Shown: positions 36,843 through 49,500 of the stretch, in pieces | Layout: every line of letters starts with the position of its first letter | How positions within the stretch are numbered: the stretch's first letter is position 1 | DNA from: Vicugna vicugna | Lineage: Eukaryota | Assembly (NCBI GenBank): GCA_013265495.1 | Contig: MU062844.1 | Location: 923,548 to 987,547 of the forward strand | Reading direction: 5' to 3' | DNA: 64,000 bases | The notes under the pieces: model-generated | What the model was told of the DNA's origin: nothing | What the model saw: the letters and a program-made list of their open reading frames with translations, nothing else | The model's database searches: none | Made by a program: the position numbers and the translations under genes

Positions 36843-37345
36843 TTCATTCAATAAATATTTATTAATTATGCCCCATGTGTCAAGAGCTGTGCCAAACTCT
36901 ATAGAGTCCATGGGACTAGGCAGAGGCCATCTCTATTTACAAGGGGTTTACAGTCTAGTAGGGGACACAGAAAACAAATACTCAAATAAAGATACGACTT
37001 CAAATCCACATGTGGTAAAGGAAACAGGTTGTCATGAGAGAGAATAAAGGGGGCCAGAACCTACAGGAGATGAGGCCAAGAGGAAGTGATGCTCTCTAGG
37101 GGACTGATGTTTAAGCTGAGACCTGAAGGACTGACACGGATAAAGAGTGAGAGGAAAAGCATTCTAATCAGAGGGAACAGCATGTGCAAAGGCCCTGAGG
37201 AGGGAATGCTTGGTAAGTTAAAAGATGACAGGAGGCTGGTGTGGCTGGAAGGCATCAGGCAGTAGGGAGAGTGATGGGAAATGAGGAAGGAATGATGAAA
37301 TTGCTGGAACCTACAGTCACACTAAGGAGTTTGTATCTTATTCCA
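36843..37345 (-). mobile_element. L2 3' fragment
   Basis: ttcattcaataaatatttatt...tttaagctgagacctgaagga...gggaacagcatgtgcaaaggccctgagg. Confidence 0.85.
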
Positions 37346-37355
37346 GGCATGATGA

Positions 37356-37900
37356 TGTTGTGAACTGGGTTTCCCCCAAAGCAGAGCCTGAGACAAGGGT
37401 TTAGTACAGAGGGTTTATATGGGAGATGACTTTAAGAAATAGAAATGAGCATGTGGAAAGATTTGGGAGGGAAAGCCATATATATGTTCACCATCAAGAT
37501 GACTGCCAGGGTTCCCTGATGCTGCCAGGACCCCACAGAGGCATGCAGGAAGCCTCTCAGAAATTTCCTCCTGCAGGAAGGAGGACAGAACCTTTATCCA
37601 TTAGCTCCTTTCCTTGTTGGTTGATGGCTGTCCCCTGGGCTCTTTACTCTGCACTTCTGCACTTTTGCACAGGTTGAGAAGGTTCTGGCAGGTTCTGGGA
37701 ATATTCAAGAAAGCCCCAGGGAAGAAAGCAGCAGATGCTGGACATACTCTTGAGGTGGACAGCTGTGAGCAAGTGAGTTTCAGCTCAAAAGAGGACCGTG
37801 GGGATATGATGCAGGCATGGGGGACCTCTGCCACCAATAGGGAGTCTCAGAAAGTCTTTAAGCAGGAGAGGCCCATCTGATATGCAAGTGAGATGGTGTC
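37356..37900 (-). mobile_element. LTR16-like LTR
   Basis: gggtttcccccaaagcagagcctgagacaaggg...gtttatatgggagatga...tttatccattagctcc...ggttgatggctgtcccctggg. Confidence 0.65.
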
Positions 37901-39481
37901 TGCCTAGCTGTGCACACAAAGGAACAAGAAGACTCTGACATGTATTAAGCACCTACTCTATGCACCAGTACTGGGAGCTTTATATACAGCATCTTTAACT
38001 CTTCACAATAGGAATGATCACCCCCAACTTACAGATGTGGAAACTGAGGCTCAGGCAAGCAAACTAATTTGCAGGAGTTCTCACAGTGAGCAATGTCGCC
38101 AGGATCCCTTAGCAGCCCCCACTGCTCTTGTGTGAGGCTGCAGCAAGACTGGGGGGCCCCGCCACTATGCTCTTGTCTGGGGGGCTTCACTCCCCATAGG
38201 TTCACCAGCTCAGATGGCACCACGGAGCCAGCTCTCAAGAGCACCCCAGGCCCTGCATTTTGACTTTCTGCCCCTGCAGGTGTTTGCCTCCCCCATACGC
38301 AGAACTGTGCCGCCACGAAGACTAATTATAAATGCAGGGTATTTATAGTGAGTTTCTCCACCCAGTGCTTCCAGCACCTCGAGGGAACTATTTACAGAAT
38401 CCTCCCAGCACCTCAGAGAGAAAGACAGAGCCTGGAAGGGGAGACTGGGGTGAAGAGAGGGGCTGACATCTCTCAGAGTAAGGACCCTCAGCCAAGGAAG
38501 ACTTGCAGGGGTGTCTTTTGAAAAAGCTGGGATTTGACCAGACAGCTGTCAGGGAGGAGGGGAGAGAGAGGGAGAAAGAAAAGAGAGAGAGAAAGAGAGG
38601 ACCCGTGACTACACACCTGCCCGTGGCCACAGACTAGGCCATTTCCAAACATCAGCCCATTTCCTCTCTCCGCCTTGACATCCTCATCTGTAAAATGGGG
38701 CTATGATCGTACTGCTTCCTGGGCTTGTAAGATTTAAATGAGCTCAAACACATAAAGAACAGAGCTTGGCAAGGAGTAAACCTCAATAAATGTTATCTAT
38801 TTCTTATTATCATTATTATCATCCTCATGACTAACCCAATAACAGCAGGTAAGTGATATGCATTGGGTCTGAACTTCAGAAAGTTAATAAAAACAATAAT
38901 TAAGATTTCCAAGTGTTTCCTCTGTAATGTGTGGTTGTGTCATGAGGCTATTTGGGAACCAAATTAATGAAGGTAAAGGCAGGTGGTTTCTTGATGCCTC
39001 CACTCAGATCAGAGGAAAAAGAAAAGAAAGAACGGAGATGCGCAGGGGACACACAGCAGCCTGTTTCTGGTCCTGTGCTGACGGTCAAAGAACAGTGACC
39101 ACAAAGCACGCGACAGATGAGTTGGTAGAAACAGGAAGTTAGGACAAGATCTTTGGGGGCTGCTGCACACCCAAACCTCTCAACCTGTAACAGGGGCCAA
39201 GCCCAGAGGTCAGCTGTCAGCTAGGTTCCAGTGCCTAAACCAAGGAACTCTAAAGGTCACCCAAAAATGTGCAAAGTGGGGCAATTACCTCTCACCCAGC
39301 CAAGGCAAGGTGAAGATTGAATGAAAAACTATGTACAAATTTCCTGGTACATGATGATGGCTTTTACAAAAATGGTCACCATTATTAGAGACCTAAGTTT
39401 CATTATGATTTGTCTCTTTTCCGGTCTTTATTATATATATTAAAATTACAGCATGCTTGACATTAAAAATAATTCAAACTC

Positions 39482-39758
39482 CCCTTCCTGGTCCTCTTTG
39501 ATAAGAATCTCATCCCAGGTGCCAGGCTTCTGTACTGTATGTGCTGGACATGGACGTGATGGTCTGGCTTTTTTTTTGAAACCTTGAAGAAATATATCCC
39601 TGACTTGTTTAATGTTCTTTGTTCTGACAAAATACAAAACTGTGCTAAAAACCCTGCTTCTCCAGAGCAGTTTCTCAGGGTAATCTGGGAAGTGGGCTTC
39701 CAGGCTAGTCCTCAGTTTGGCTCAAATAAAACTCTTCTCTATTCTTAAAAATAATAAT
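39482..39758 (+). mobile_element. ERV1 LTR-derived (U3-R) insert with L1-type integration signature
   Basis: LTR-like text, AATAAA at 39725-39730, A-rich run from 39747, exact 14-bp TSD aataattcaaactc (39468-39481 / 39759-39772), left site TT|AAAAA. Confidence 0.8.
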
Positions 39759-40013
39759 AATAATTCAAACTCTTAAGAAAGATACAGGCAGGAAAAAAAA
39801 GGCTCCTCCTCCCTCCCCTCACTCCACCCAAACTGATGTTGGTATTTTTGCTATTATTTTTGTCTTCTTAGTCAGGACAGAAATCCTCAGTCCATAAAGT
39901 CAAGAGTGAATCCTCTCCTGGCATGAGCAGTGACCCTCTGCATGACCATGGGCAAGTCACTTTCCCTCTCTGGGAAATGGCCTTTTCTGCACAAGAAGGA
40001 AGCTGGACTAGTC

Positions 40014-40360
40014 CAGCCATTCCCAAATTGGACCAGCAGAATCTCAGGCCCTGGAAGATTCAAAAAATCCCAGTGCCCAAGCCACACGCCAGGCCATGAG
40101 TCAAGCGGAACCCAGGCATCCACATGTTTTTAAAGCTCTCCAGGTTGTTTCAATGAGCAGCCATGGTTACAGGAGACTAGCCCAGACCTTCTTGAACTCT
40201 AATGTGCACACACATTGCCCTCAGTCTGTGCAAAAATGTCGATTCTGGTTCAGCAGTTCTGGAGCAGGGCTTGAGGTTCTGAATTTCTAACAAGCTGCCA
40301 GGTGGTGTCCGCACTGCTGGTCCAGGGATCCTGTTCAGACCAAGGAGGGACCTGACCACT
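40014..40360. mobile_element. Two abutting MER5-type MITEs
   Basis: cagaatc...aaagctctccaggttg..aatgagcagcc, then aactctaatgtgcac...gattctggttcagcagttctgg...ctaacaagctgccaggtg; CTAG at the boundaries. Confidence 0.7.
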
Positions 40361-40497
40361 AGCTGAAAAACTTTGTTAGCCTTGGAATACTCTCTCCCAA
40401 AGGAAATTTTGCATGAAAACATATTTAACAGAGTTAGTCTGGCTGAACTAAGAGATTGGAAACAGAGGTCTCACACTCAGACCTACCCCCATCGCCC

Positions 40498-40990
40498 TGT
40501 TAGGCAGAACCATGGCCCCCTAAAGAGATCATGTCTTAATCCCCAGATCCTGTGAATGTGTTCCTTTACATGGCAATGGGGAATTAAGGTTTCAGATGAA
40601 ATTAAAGGTTGTTAGTCAGCCAACCTTAAAATAGGGAGAGTAGTCTGGATTATCCAGGTGGGCTCAATTAATCAGAAGGGGTCCTTAAAAGTGGAAGAGG
40701 GAGGCAGAAGAGGTCAGAGTGATGATGTGTGGGAAGAACTCAACCCGCCACTGCTGGCGCTGAAGACAGAGGCAAGAGCCACAAACCAAGGAAAGCAAGC
40801 AGCCTCTAGAAGCTGAAAAAGATGAGGAAACGGACTTCTCCTCGGGAGGCTCCAAAAAGAACACCTTGATTTTAGCCGAGTGAGACCTGCACCAGGCTTC
40901 TGACATCCAGGACTGTAAGATAAATTTGTGTTTTTGGTAAGCCACTCAGTCTGTGTTAATTCGTTACAGCAGCCATAGGAAACTAATAAC
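40498..40990 (+). mobile_element. MLT1D-like solo LTR
   Basis: tgttaggcagaaccatggcccc..., ggattatccaggtgggc, cagcctctagaagctgaaaaa, gttacagcagccataggaaactaata. Confidence 0.9.
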
Positions 40991-41596
40991 CCCTCTGAGG
41001 CACCTCCTGTGAAGACACAGATCACTGAAAAACAGCTGCGCTAGACGACCTTCATCACCTGGATCCGTGATGGGACTGAGATGCACTAAGTCGGCCCCAC
41101 ACGGCTACCTCCTAGGCAGTCAGTGTTCCGGGGCCTGCTGACACATCCTGGTCCAGTGGTATCAGCTTCCCCAGGATTCCAGGGCCCCCACTGCCCCCAA
41201 CCCCCCACTTTCTGGCAGGAGGGGAATCCCTGGTAGCCTCCTCAGCACTGAGGAAGCTATTTTCAGCTCAGCAGCTGAGCATTTCAGCAAAGAGCAGCTT
41301 GGAAGTGTCTTCTGGCCCCCGCCAGAGGAGACCTCTGTTCCTCTCCTTGTGGTGTGCCTGGCCAGATTTAGCCTAACACCTGCCCACTCCCCACTGCCAT
41401 GGTACCCAGAGCACCTCCGGTCCAGCACAGGGCAGGACAGGGGGTGAGGAGGAGACCCCAGGTCTGTCCCAGTCTCATCTCCCCTATCATAGAGGTAGAA
41501 GATTGAACTATTCTATAAGGAGAGGAGGAGCGGGGGTCTTGGAGGTGGGGGTGGGGGGTCCCGGAACAGATAAAGTCTCAACAAAAGGCATCAGGA

Positions 41597-41936
41597 CAGT
41601 GGTTCTCAGCCCTGCTACACACTAGATCCCCCCAGGAAGCATTTAAACTCTTGACGCTCAGGCTGCTGCTCTCCAAACTGATTAAATCAGAATTTCTGAG
41701 GTGGGGCCAAGGTGGCCTTTTATTTATTTATTTTTTATCTCAATGTGCACTCAGGAGTGAGACCCACTAGATCAGTGGTTCTCAGAGTGTGGGTCACAGA
41801 TCGAAAGCTTCAGCATCACCTGGGAGCTTGTTAGAACTGCCGAATCTCAGCAGCCCTCCCCCAAGATCTGTTGACCCAGACCCTGCATTTTAACAGGGCC
41901 CCAGGAGAGTCCTCGGCACATTAAGTTTAAGAAGCA
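41597..41936. mobile_element. Two abutting MER5-type MITEs (MER5B/A1-like and MER5A)
   Basis: cagtggttctcag starts at 41597 and 41773; agcatcacctgggagcttgttagaa...tgcattttaacag. Confidence 0.8.
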
Positions 41937-43029
41937 AGACGGCAGAGCATCCTAGGTAAGACTGCCAGCTCTGGGTCAGACCACTGCCTGAGTCTGTGAC
42001 GTGTCTCCACCGCCTCACAGCCACGAGGCTTTGGGCCAATGACAGTCTCTGAGTTCCTCCTTTTGACTTCCTCCTATTTCCCACCAGAAGGGTTGAGCTG
42101 GGAAACCCCAGGAGCCCACCATAGTCCAGGGAGCCTTGTGGAGAAATCCAGGAGAACCCACAGCCTGTCTTGGAGGAAGAGATTCAGACGGATCCTGAAG
42201 CTGAAACATTCTGGAGGGCCTCCTGAAGAAAGCGAGTCTGAAATCCCAAATGTAAGATCAGCTGCAGTAGGCAATGGCTCCCATTTAAAGGGTTCTGCCG
42301 TTCTGTCTCTTTCAGTGAGCACCCTCATCTCATCCTATGTCCCGAATTCCAGTTTCAAAAAAAAAAAATAGTCTTGGTGTATGTATAAATGGAATTACAA
42401 TCTTGGCCTCGTGAAAAAAAAATTAACTACCCATCCATAGTTGCTGAACAATAATAGAAGCTTCAGGATGTACAAGGGAAGGATTAGAGAGAGTCAGCAC
42501 TTAATTGAAGCTCCTCCGTTGATGTCATCAGAGACCTGGAAAAACGTTGGAAAAGCCAGGGCTTCAGAGGGAGAACCAGGCAGCTCTACGAAGAATCTTA
42601 AAAACAGGAACAAGGATTTCTCAGTTTGCAGGGCTCTCTGGAAGCGGGCCCTTTCAGATGAAGGCAGGCAGGCTATAGTTAGAAAGAGACGCATGGTGGA
42701 GAGCAGTTCTGTTACTATAAATTCATTTCCAAAAGCCAAACATATGTGTGTGCACACACATAAATACCATATATGTGAGGAGATAAATTGGCATATGACA
42801 TTTAGCCCTTCCTAAATTGGGAAATATATAAAATTACTATTTTTTTTTTTGCTAGTGTGGGAATAGGGAAGACATCTCACTCCAATAAGATCGATCTGGT
42901 AGAGAGTAATCTATATTCCTGAGTGTAGTTCATTCATTCATTCACTTGTCCAGTCTGCAAAGAGTTCAGAGCCTCCATGTGCCAATGACATCGTTCCAGT
43001 CTTCATGCAGTCTAGTGCCCACATCTCAG

Positions 43030-43185
43030 AGTGCAGTCCTCAGCCAGCAGCCCTGGCTTCTTGCAGGAGCTTGCTAAAATGCAGATTCTCAGGGCCCATT
43101 CTAGACCTCCTAAATCAGAATCTGTACTTTAGCAAGACCTCTCAGGGACTCATATGCACACTGAGGTTTGAGAAGCGCTGATCTA
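43030..43185. mobile_element. MER5A
   Basis: ggagcttgctaaaatgcagattctcagggccc...aatcagaatctg...gcacactgaggtttgagaagcgctg. Confidence 0.8.
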
Positions 43186-44447
43186 ATACAACCTCATTTC
43201 TAAATTTGCTTAACCACAGAGGAAAGCTGCCTGGAATTTAGATTTCATACATGACCCACAGATAGGATATCCTTAAATGGAAAGATTAATGAAGATATCC
43301 AACCCAATCACCCCCTCATACCAATGCAGATTATGAATCCAAGACATTGATCTACATCATCGCCGAAGACGGTGGAAATTGGCAACAGCCAACTAGGGGA
43401 GATACCGTACAACCGTTTCATGATTCATCAGTGCCCATGGGTCCAGGGTCCCTCTTAGGAAGGAAGAGATGGGTTCAAGATGCAGGGTAAGAGGGTTTGA
43501 AGGGAAAGTTTGCTTATCTTGGTACAGAAACTGGAAAGTGTCAGATTCTAACTCCAACACTCAAACCCGCTAATGGATGGATTGGCTCCAAGATCGGCAG
43601 GGTAACAGATGGAAGCAGAAGGAAAAAATATCATTTCCCCCAAACTTGCTGAGTCCGATGAAGATGTTGGAAGATTTGGATGCAGCCAGCATGATTAATC
43701 TTACCAACTTTACCTTGAGTTTCATTTTTGGTAGGGGAATGGCATCAGCTTAAAAGTTAATTACAAGCAAGAAACAAATCATGCAGCCAATGTGCACATC
43801 ACAAACAAATTAAGTTCTTAAAATAGGCAACACACCACTTGGAACAATGGTTTATGAGCCCAAGGGTGCATGAAAATAATTGTGGAAGGTGAGCAAACTA
43901 ATAGCTAAGAAATGTGAATTAAATGAGGGCAAATTACAGATATTAACCAAAAAAGAGAAACAAGGTCAACCTCTCATTTTGTAAACAACAAGCCAAGCGG
44001 AATGATCCAGGATGCAACCCCCTATGGAGTGAGAAGGGACGCCCCTGATGGAAACAGGGCTCCCTGAAGATGTAGAAGAAGCCAGAGTGCTGGGAATCAG
44101 GGCAAGAGGAGGGGCTGTCAGCAGGGAAAGCTCAGCTCCAGGCTGGCAGGCAGCATCCCACCACAAAAGGGTAAATTCAGAGGTGTGTGGGAGAGGAAGT
44201 TTCAGCCGTAGAAAGTTAGAATTAAGTCCAAAGTCCTCATCACGAAATGAAGAAAGCAAGCACAGAGAGGGGAGGTAGTTTCCCAAGATCACACAGCAAG
44301 TGTCAGAGCCAAGACCTGAATTCAAGTCTCCTCACTCCAGGTTATACTTCCTTCTCATTCATCAGGGATTGCAAATTCATGTGCCTATACGGAGACAGGC
44401 AGGCAGCAGAAATGCACGATTCTGGCCTGACAGGGAAGACTATGGGC

Positions 44448-44590
44448 CAGCACTGTCCAAGACAAATCCAATGGGAGTCAGATTTGTCATTTACAATTTT
44501 CAGGACGACATCTCAATTTGAACTAGTCACATTGCAAGTGCTTGACAGCCACATGTGGCTGGTGGCTACCTTACTGGATAACAGAGTTAT
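44448..44590. mobile_element. MER3/MER33-type MITE fragment
   Basis: cagcactgtccaa...ctagtcacattgcaagtgcttgacagccacatgtggctggtggctacc. Confidence 0.7.
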
Positions 44591-45239
44591 AGGGAGTGGT
44601 GGGGAATGTTTAAAAACTGGAGACAGGATGATGCATCTATAGAGGATTACCGCCACAATCTCAGCCAAGGGGGTTAAGATCACAACATTGTGCTACCCAG
44701 AACACACCTGAGAATTCGCATGTAGGTCACCAATTTTACAACCTGTGTCTTATACCATGTTGCCTCAGAAACAAAGACAATTTCATTGAATCATCATCTT
44801 AAGCATCTTTAGGAACCTAGTCATTATCAACCACCTTTAACAACAAGTCCAAGTCCCACCTCTGTCACTCCTCTGTGTATGAAATTTAATGAGTTCTCTG
44901 AGCCTCAGTTTTCTCACCTCGAAAATGGGTGTAAATCTTTTTCCTGGGCATGTTTTAAGGGCCAAATGAGAAAAATAAATGGAAAAGCAACTTATAGATA
45001 TCAAAATGCCATACAAACCTAATGACTTACTGGAACATTCTCAGACAATAGGGTATGGCTAACCAACATGAAGGCATCTGAACCTCACCTGTCATTGTCA
45101 CTGAGATTCCAAGCCCTGCCCGTCCACATCCTGTCCCTGAAGCTTAGAAGAGCCTTCTGCACTAAGATTTTTCTGCCTTCCTAGTCACCTCATACCCCCT
45201 GCAATCCATACCAATCTGAAATCCTGGGCAGTAATTCAC

Positions 45240-47480
45240 TTATTCATTCAACAAACACCATGGAGCACACATCGTGCAGCAGGTTCTGGGAACTGAGGCT
45301 AGCGAGTGTAGTAAACACAGTCAGTGCTCTGCCCACCCCTTTAACCAGTTCTCTGTGCTCATCCCCCAGCTTCTATGTGCATAGCTCACTCCTACTACCT
45401 TCTTCTGCCTTTAAGCTGCAGAATCCCTGTCACTCATATTCCTGAGCTGTAGAAGTGCCTGTGAACTGACATCCCCAATGATTCATGGGGGCAGGAGGGT
45501 ACAAGCCCAGCTCCCCTTGACTTGAGGCGGGTCAGACTCTAAGACGTCATTTACCCTCCAGAGCTCCCAGCAGGATCAGCTGTGGCTAGACTCGGTCTGA
45601 AATCTCATCCCTGTTTGGCTGCTTTCTTTCCCTATCCGTCTTCCCCACCCCTTTGCTGTCCTTTTCTCCTGGGAGCACATCCCTAATAAATCATGTGCAA
45701 CAAACCCTCATCCCAGGGTCTGATTCTGGGAGAACATGACCAAGGACACAAACATTGTTCCCACACAGCCCCTACCCTCAAGGAGCCCTCCAACTAACTG
45801 GAGAGGCTCACACACCACAAAGTGGAAAATGTTTGATTCACCAGGATTCCTTTTGGAGGACATGCTATATTTGTTTGCAAAGATGTCTTGATAAATTCAC
45901 TGGAGGCAAAATTGGTTACCTACAGACACAGGGCTGCTGATGCCAAGACTTCAAATGAAGAGGATGAAATTGCTCTGCATGAAACCATGAGAGGGGTTTG
46001 TTTGTTTCCCAGAGCAAAAACTGAAGGAGCAAGCCAGGCATGGAGGAGAGGCCAGGAGCAGTGTGACGTGGTATGTGATGCCTCTCAGCTTCAGCAAGTT
46101 AGCAAACCAGCATGCACATACAGGGGCTGGAAATGGAAGAGACCACGAAGAACTAAGCCCTTGAGGAATCATGGGGAAGGCTTTGGACCATCTCAGGCCA
46201 TGGAATCAGGGATATCTGAGTCAAGTGTGAAAGCTGCCACCAGTCCCCACCAGGAAGACGGCATTAGCCTCCTAAGAGGTCTCCTGCATCTTTGTCTACC
46301 CCCTCTCACATTATCAATTCCCTACCAGCAGCCAGAGTGAGCTCCTAAACTGCAACTAGGGCTTGACATCTAAATTTATAAAGTCCCTGAGTCCAGGTCA
46401 CGTCATGCCTCTGTTTAAAACCCTCTGGTGGTTTCCCATTGCATTTAGAAAAAGGAAAAGGAAAAAACCAAAACAAAACAGAGTTCTTATCCTGGCCTGC
46501 AAAATCCTGTAAGATCCCTCTTTCTCTTCCTTGAACAGATCCACCTTGCTACCACCCCAGGGCCTTTGCACTGGCTATTTGCTCTGACTAGACCACTCTC
46601 TCAACCCCTAGCCCTTCCCAGGACTGGGTCCTTCTCATCATTCAGTTCTCAGCTCAACTATCACCTCCTCACTGGTCTTTCCCTACCATTCTGTGTCTTT
46701 TAGCACCATTCCCTCAATCCACACCACATAATTCTATATCAGTTTCTTCAGGGCATTTCTTATCCTCTGAACTTGCACTATTGGTTCATGTGTTCACTTG
46801 TTTATTATCTATCCCCAGAACATAAGCCTCATGAAGGCAGGGACCTTATTTACCAATATGTCTGTAGGGTCCAGCACACAGTAGGTGCTCAATGAACACT
46901 GAGTAACAAAATGAGTTTCTGAGGGACACAGGAGCCCCAGTTGGCATTTAGATGGCATAAACAAGGGGTATTCACATATGAGTGCACACAGGAAGGATGC
47001 ACCAAGTTCTGTGAGAGCAGAGAAGGGTCAGAGAAGGTTCCCCAGAAGAGAGGCTGTTTGAGCTGAGCCTTGACATGCTGGCCTTTGCTGTGTTCAAAAT
47101 GTCCTGATTATTCCTCAAAAGCACAAAACTCCTTCTGATTCGAGCCTTTCATAGAGGCTGTTCCCTCTTTCTGGGACATTCCTCTCCATTTTTCATCTGG
47201 CTAACTTCTGCACACACTCCAGGTTTCAGCTTAAATGCCTCTTGCTTAGTCAAGCACCCACTCCTTGACCCACTCCCACCCAAATTAGGTCCTCCCTACG
47301 GGTCTCTCTCCAAGCATCCTATCCTCATCATTCTTAGCACTTGCTCTCTGGGATTCTCTGTTTCATGTCTGGCTCTCCCCATGAGACTATCAGCTCCGTG
47401 AGGGCAGGACTATGTCTTCTTCACTGTTGTACCCTCAGCACCCACGGTGCTGCCTAGCACATAGTAGGTGTGAATGAGTC
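45240..47480. mobile_element. Cluster of L2 fragments in both orientations (minus ~45240-46260 and ~46900-47070; plus ~46290-46900 and ~47070-47480)
   Basis: ttcattcaacaaacac; ccagggcctttgcactggct; cagcacacagtaggtgctcaatgaa; ctccgtgagggcaggactatgtc..cctagcacatagtaggtg. Confidence 0.75.
45307..45748 (+). mobile_element. LTR16-family LTR nested in L2
   Basis: TGtagtaaacacagtcagtgctctgccc...ccagagctcccagcaggatcag...ctaataaatcatgtgca...gaccaaggaCA; L2 text resumes after it. Confidence 0.8.
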
Positions 47481-48159
47481 AATGGGATTCATCCCACATT
47501 GGAAGGGAGAGGAGGAGGACATTCTCAGCACAGCTAGGAGCATATGGTGCATTTGGGAAGTCAGACATCATTTTGTGTGCCAAGGAAATAATGTGCATGT
47601 GGAGAAAAAGCATGGGACAGGGTAAAGGAAGCAGGGAGATGTGAGGCCTGAGTGAGATTTTCCATCACCCCTTGTGTTTCCTGCCAGCTACACAGGTCCC
47701 TATAATTACTGTCCCCTCTGCATCTTTGAGTGATGAAGGAAAGAGTGGGTTTGCTTTTCCAAGGTGTCTCGAGATAAGGGAAGAATCTTTGTGAGAAACC
47801 TCCCATATGCCAAGAGGAGGGAGAAAGAGACAGAAAGAGGGAACAGCTAGTTACTCTAATGAGCTGCAGGTCATCATGGGTCTGCGCCAGCAAGACCATG
47901 CAACACACTCACCTCAGAACGAGATCCAAACAAAACCCAAACAAGTTTAGGTCAACTTGAGTCACTCTGAATCATCTAGTTTTCTCTCATGATAATGGCT
48001 TTCTGAAATAGTCAGTCTGTTGACAAAAGACGACTGGATGGAAAACGTTTGAAAGTCAGTTGATTCTGGGGCAGGGAGGTTTATGTATTTATGTATTATT
48101 TTATGTATTTATAGTAACTCCAGTGGCAGAAGATTGGGGTCCCAAGATGCCCACTATAG

Positions 48160-48330
48160 TGGTCATCAGTGCTCTTCCAACAAATGTGTTCAGCCTTCCG
48201 CCTCCCTGGCTCACGGTGGGATAACACTTCCTGGGCCCTCTGTGGTTGAGTCGGGCTGTGTGACTAGTTCCACACAAGGAGTTGTGAGCACGGTGATATG
48301 TGTCACTTCTGAACTGGGGCACTTAAATGA
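48160..48330 (+). mobile_element. MLT1J/I 5' fragment
   Basis: cacttcctgggccctctgtggttgag..tgtgtgactagttcc..gtgatatgtgtcacttctg. Confidence 0.65.
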
Positions 48331-48479
48331 CAACGCAACATCTTCCTTAGACCTCTTTACCTTGGTCTTTCTCCAGGATGCACCATTATTTCTGCTCAAC
48401 TTCTCTCTTCCCTCCCCTCCCCTCAATCTAGGGAGAAGCCTCACTCTTCTTCGTCTCTAATTATTCTAACCATTTGGAA

Positions 48480-49500
48480 ATTCTTCTGAATCCATTTAAT
48501 TCTCCTAGAGGCTGAGATATGTGAACACTAAAGCCAGGCACTTGCAGACTTTCTTGTTTATACTGTCCCATATATATTTTTATACTGTGCTATATTTCCC
48601 CCTAAGAAATTGCTCAGCCATCTGTTTAGATTGGGGTGGAAGGGGCATGAGAGAGAAAGGAAAATGAAGAGAAAGTACATCAATTAATATTTCAAATTCA
48701 CTGACTCTTTCCTCTGTCATCATTACTCTGTTAACCTCTTATTGTGAACCCCTTGCTTGCTTGTTTTATTTTGAATTTTGTATGTTTTAGGTCTAGGATC
48801 TCCATTTTTATCTTTTCTATTTTTGGCTGAGATTTCTTATCATTTCATTCATCACGAGCAGATTTTCCTTTATATCACTGAGCATAGTTACAACAGATAC
48901 TTTAAAAAAAAACCCTTGTCTACTAATTCCAACGTTCGGGTCATCTTAGACTCAGCCTCCATGGATTGTCTTTCCTTTTGAGTATGGGTCACATTTTCCT
49001 ATTTGTTTGCATTTTGAGTAATTTTCGGATAGTATCCTAAATATGTCTAATGTCACATTGTAGAGACTCTAGATTCTGTTCTACTTCCCCCAAGAGTGTT
49101 GTTTTTTTTCTTAATTTGCTTAAGGAGGCAATTAACTTGGCCGGACCCAAGCTGCAGACTCTACCAGTTGGGCGCCAGCTGAATTCTCAGTTTCTCTCTT
49201 TTCGCCTCGTCTGGACGCTTGGGGTTTGCTGTGTGCAAAGATGCTTCAAAAGTCAGCCAGAGATTTGGGCGGAATTTCTCCACAGATCTGAGGCTCCCTG
49301 TCTCTGGCTCCTTTCCTGTGGCAGCAGTTGTCTGTAACTCTTCCTCTGGCCCTTTGGGTGCAGGTTTCCTGCTGGGGTTTTAGCCACCACCATCCACCCT
49401 GCAGGTAGTTGGGCTTTTAACACTGTTTTCCAGAGTTTATGTTTGTTATTTGTGGCAAGATGGGTTCAATCGGCACTTACTTGGCTGTTACCAGAGCAAA
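48480..49500 (-). mobile_element. Old L1M 5'/ORF1 region remnant
   Basis: T-rich + strand, ttgtctactaattccaacgttcgggtcatc, gggtcacattttcctatttgtttgca. Confidence 0.6.

Noticed and set aside
45240-47480. Oppositely oriented L2 (and MIR) pairs as dsRNA or miRNA hairpin sources
   Set aside because: The copies are highly diverged, I found no clean tail-to-tail hairpin, and there is no evidence of transcription.
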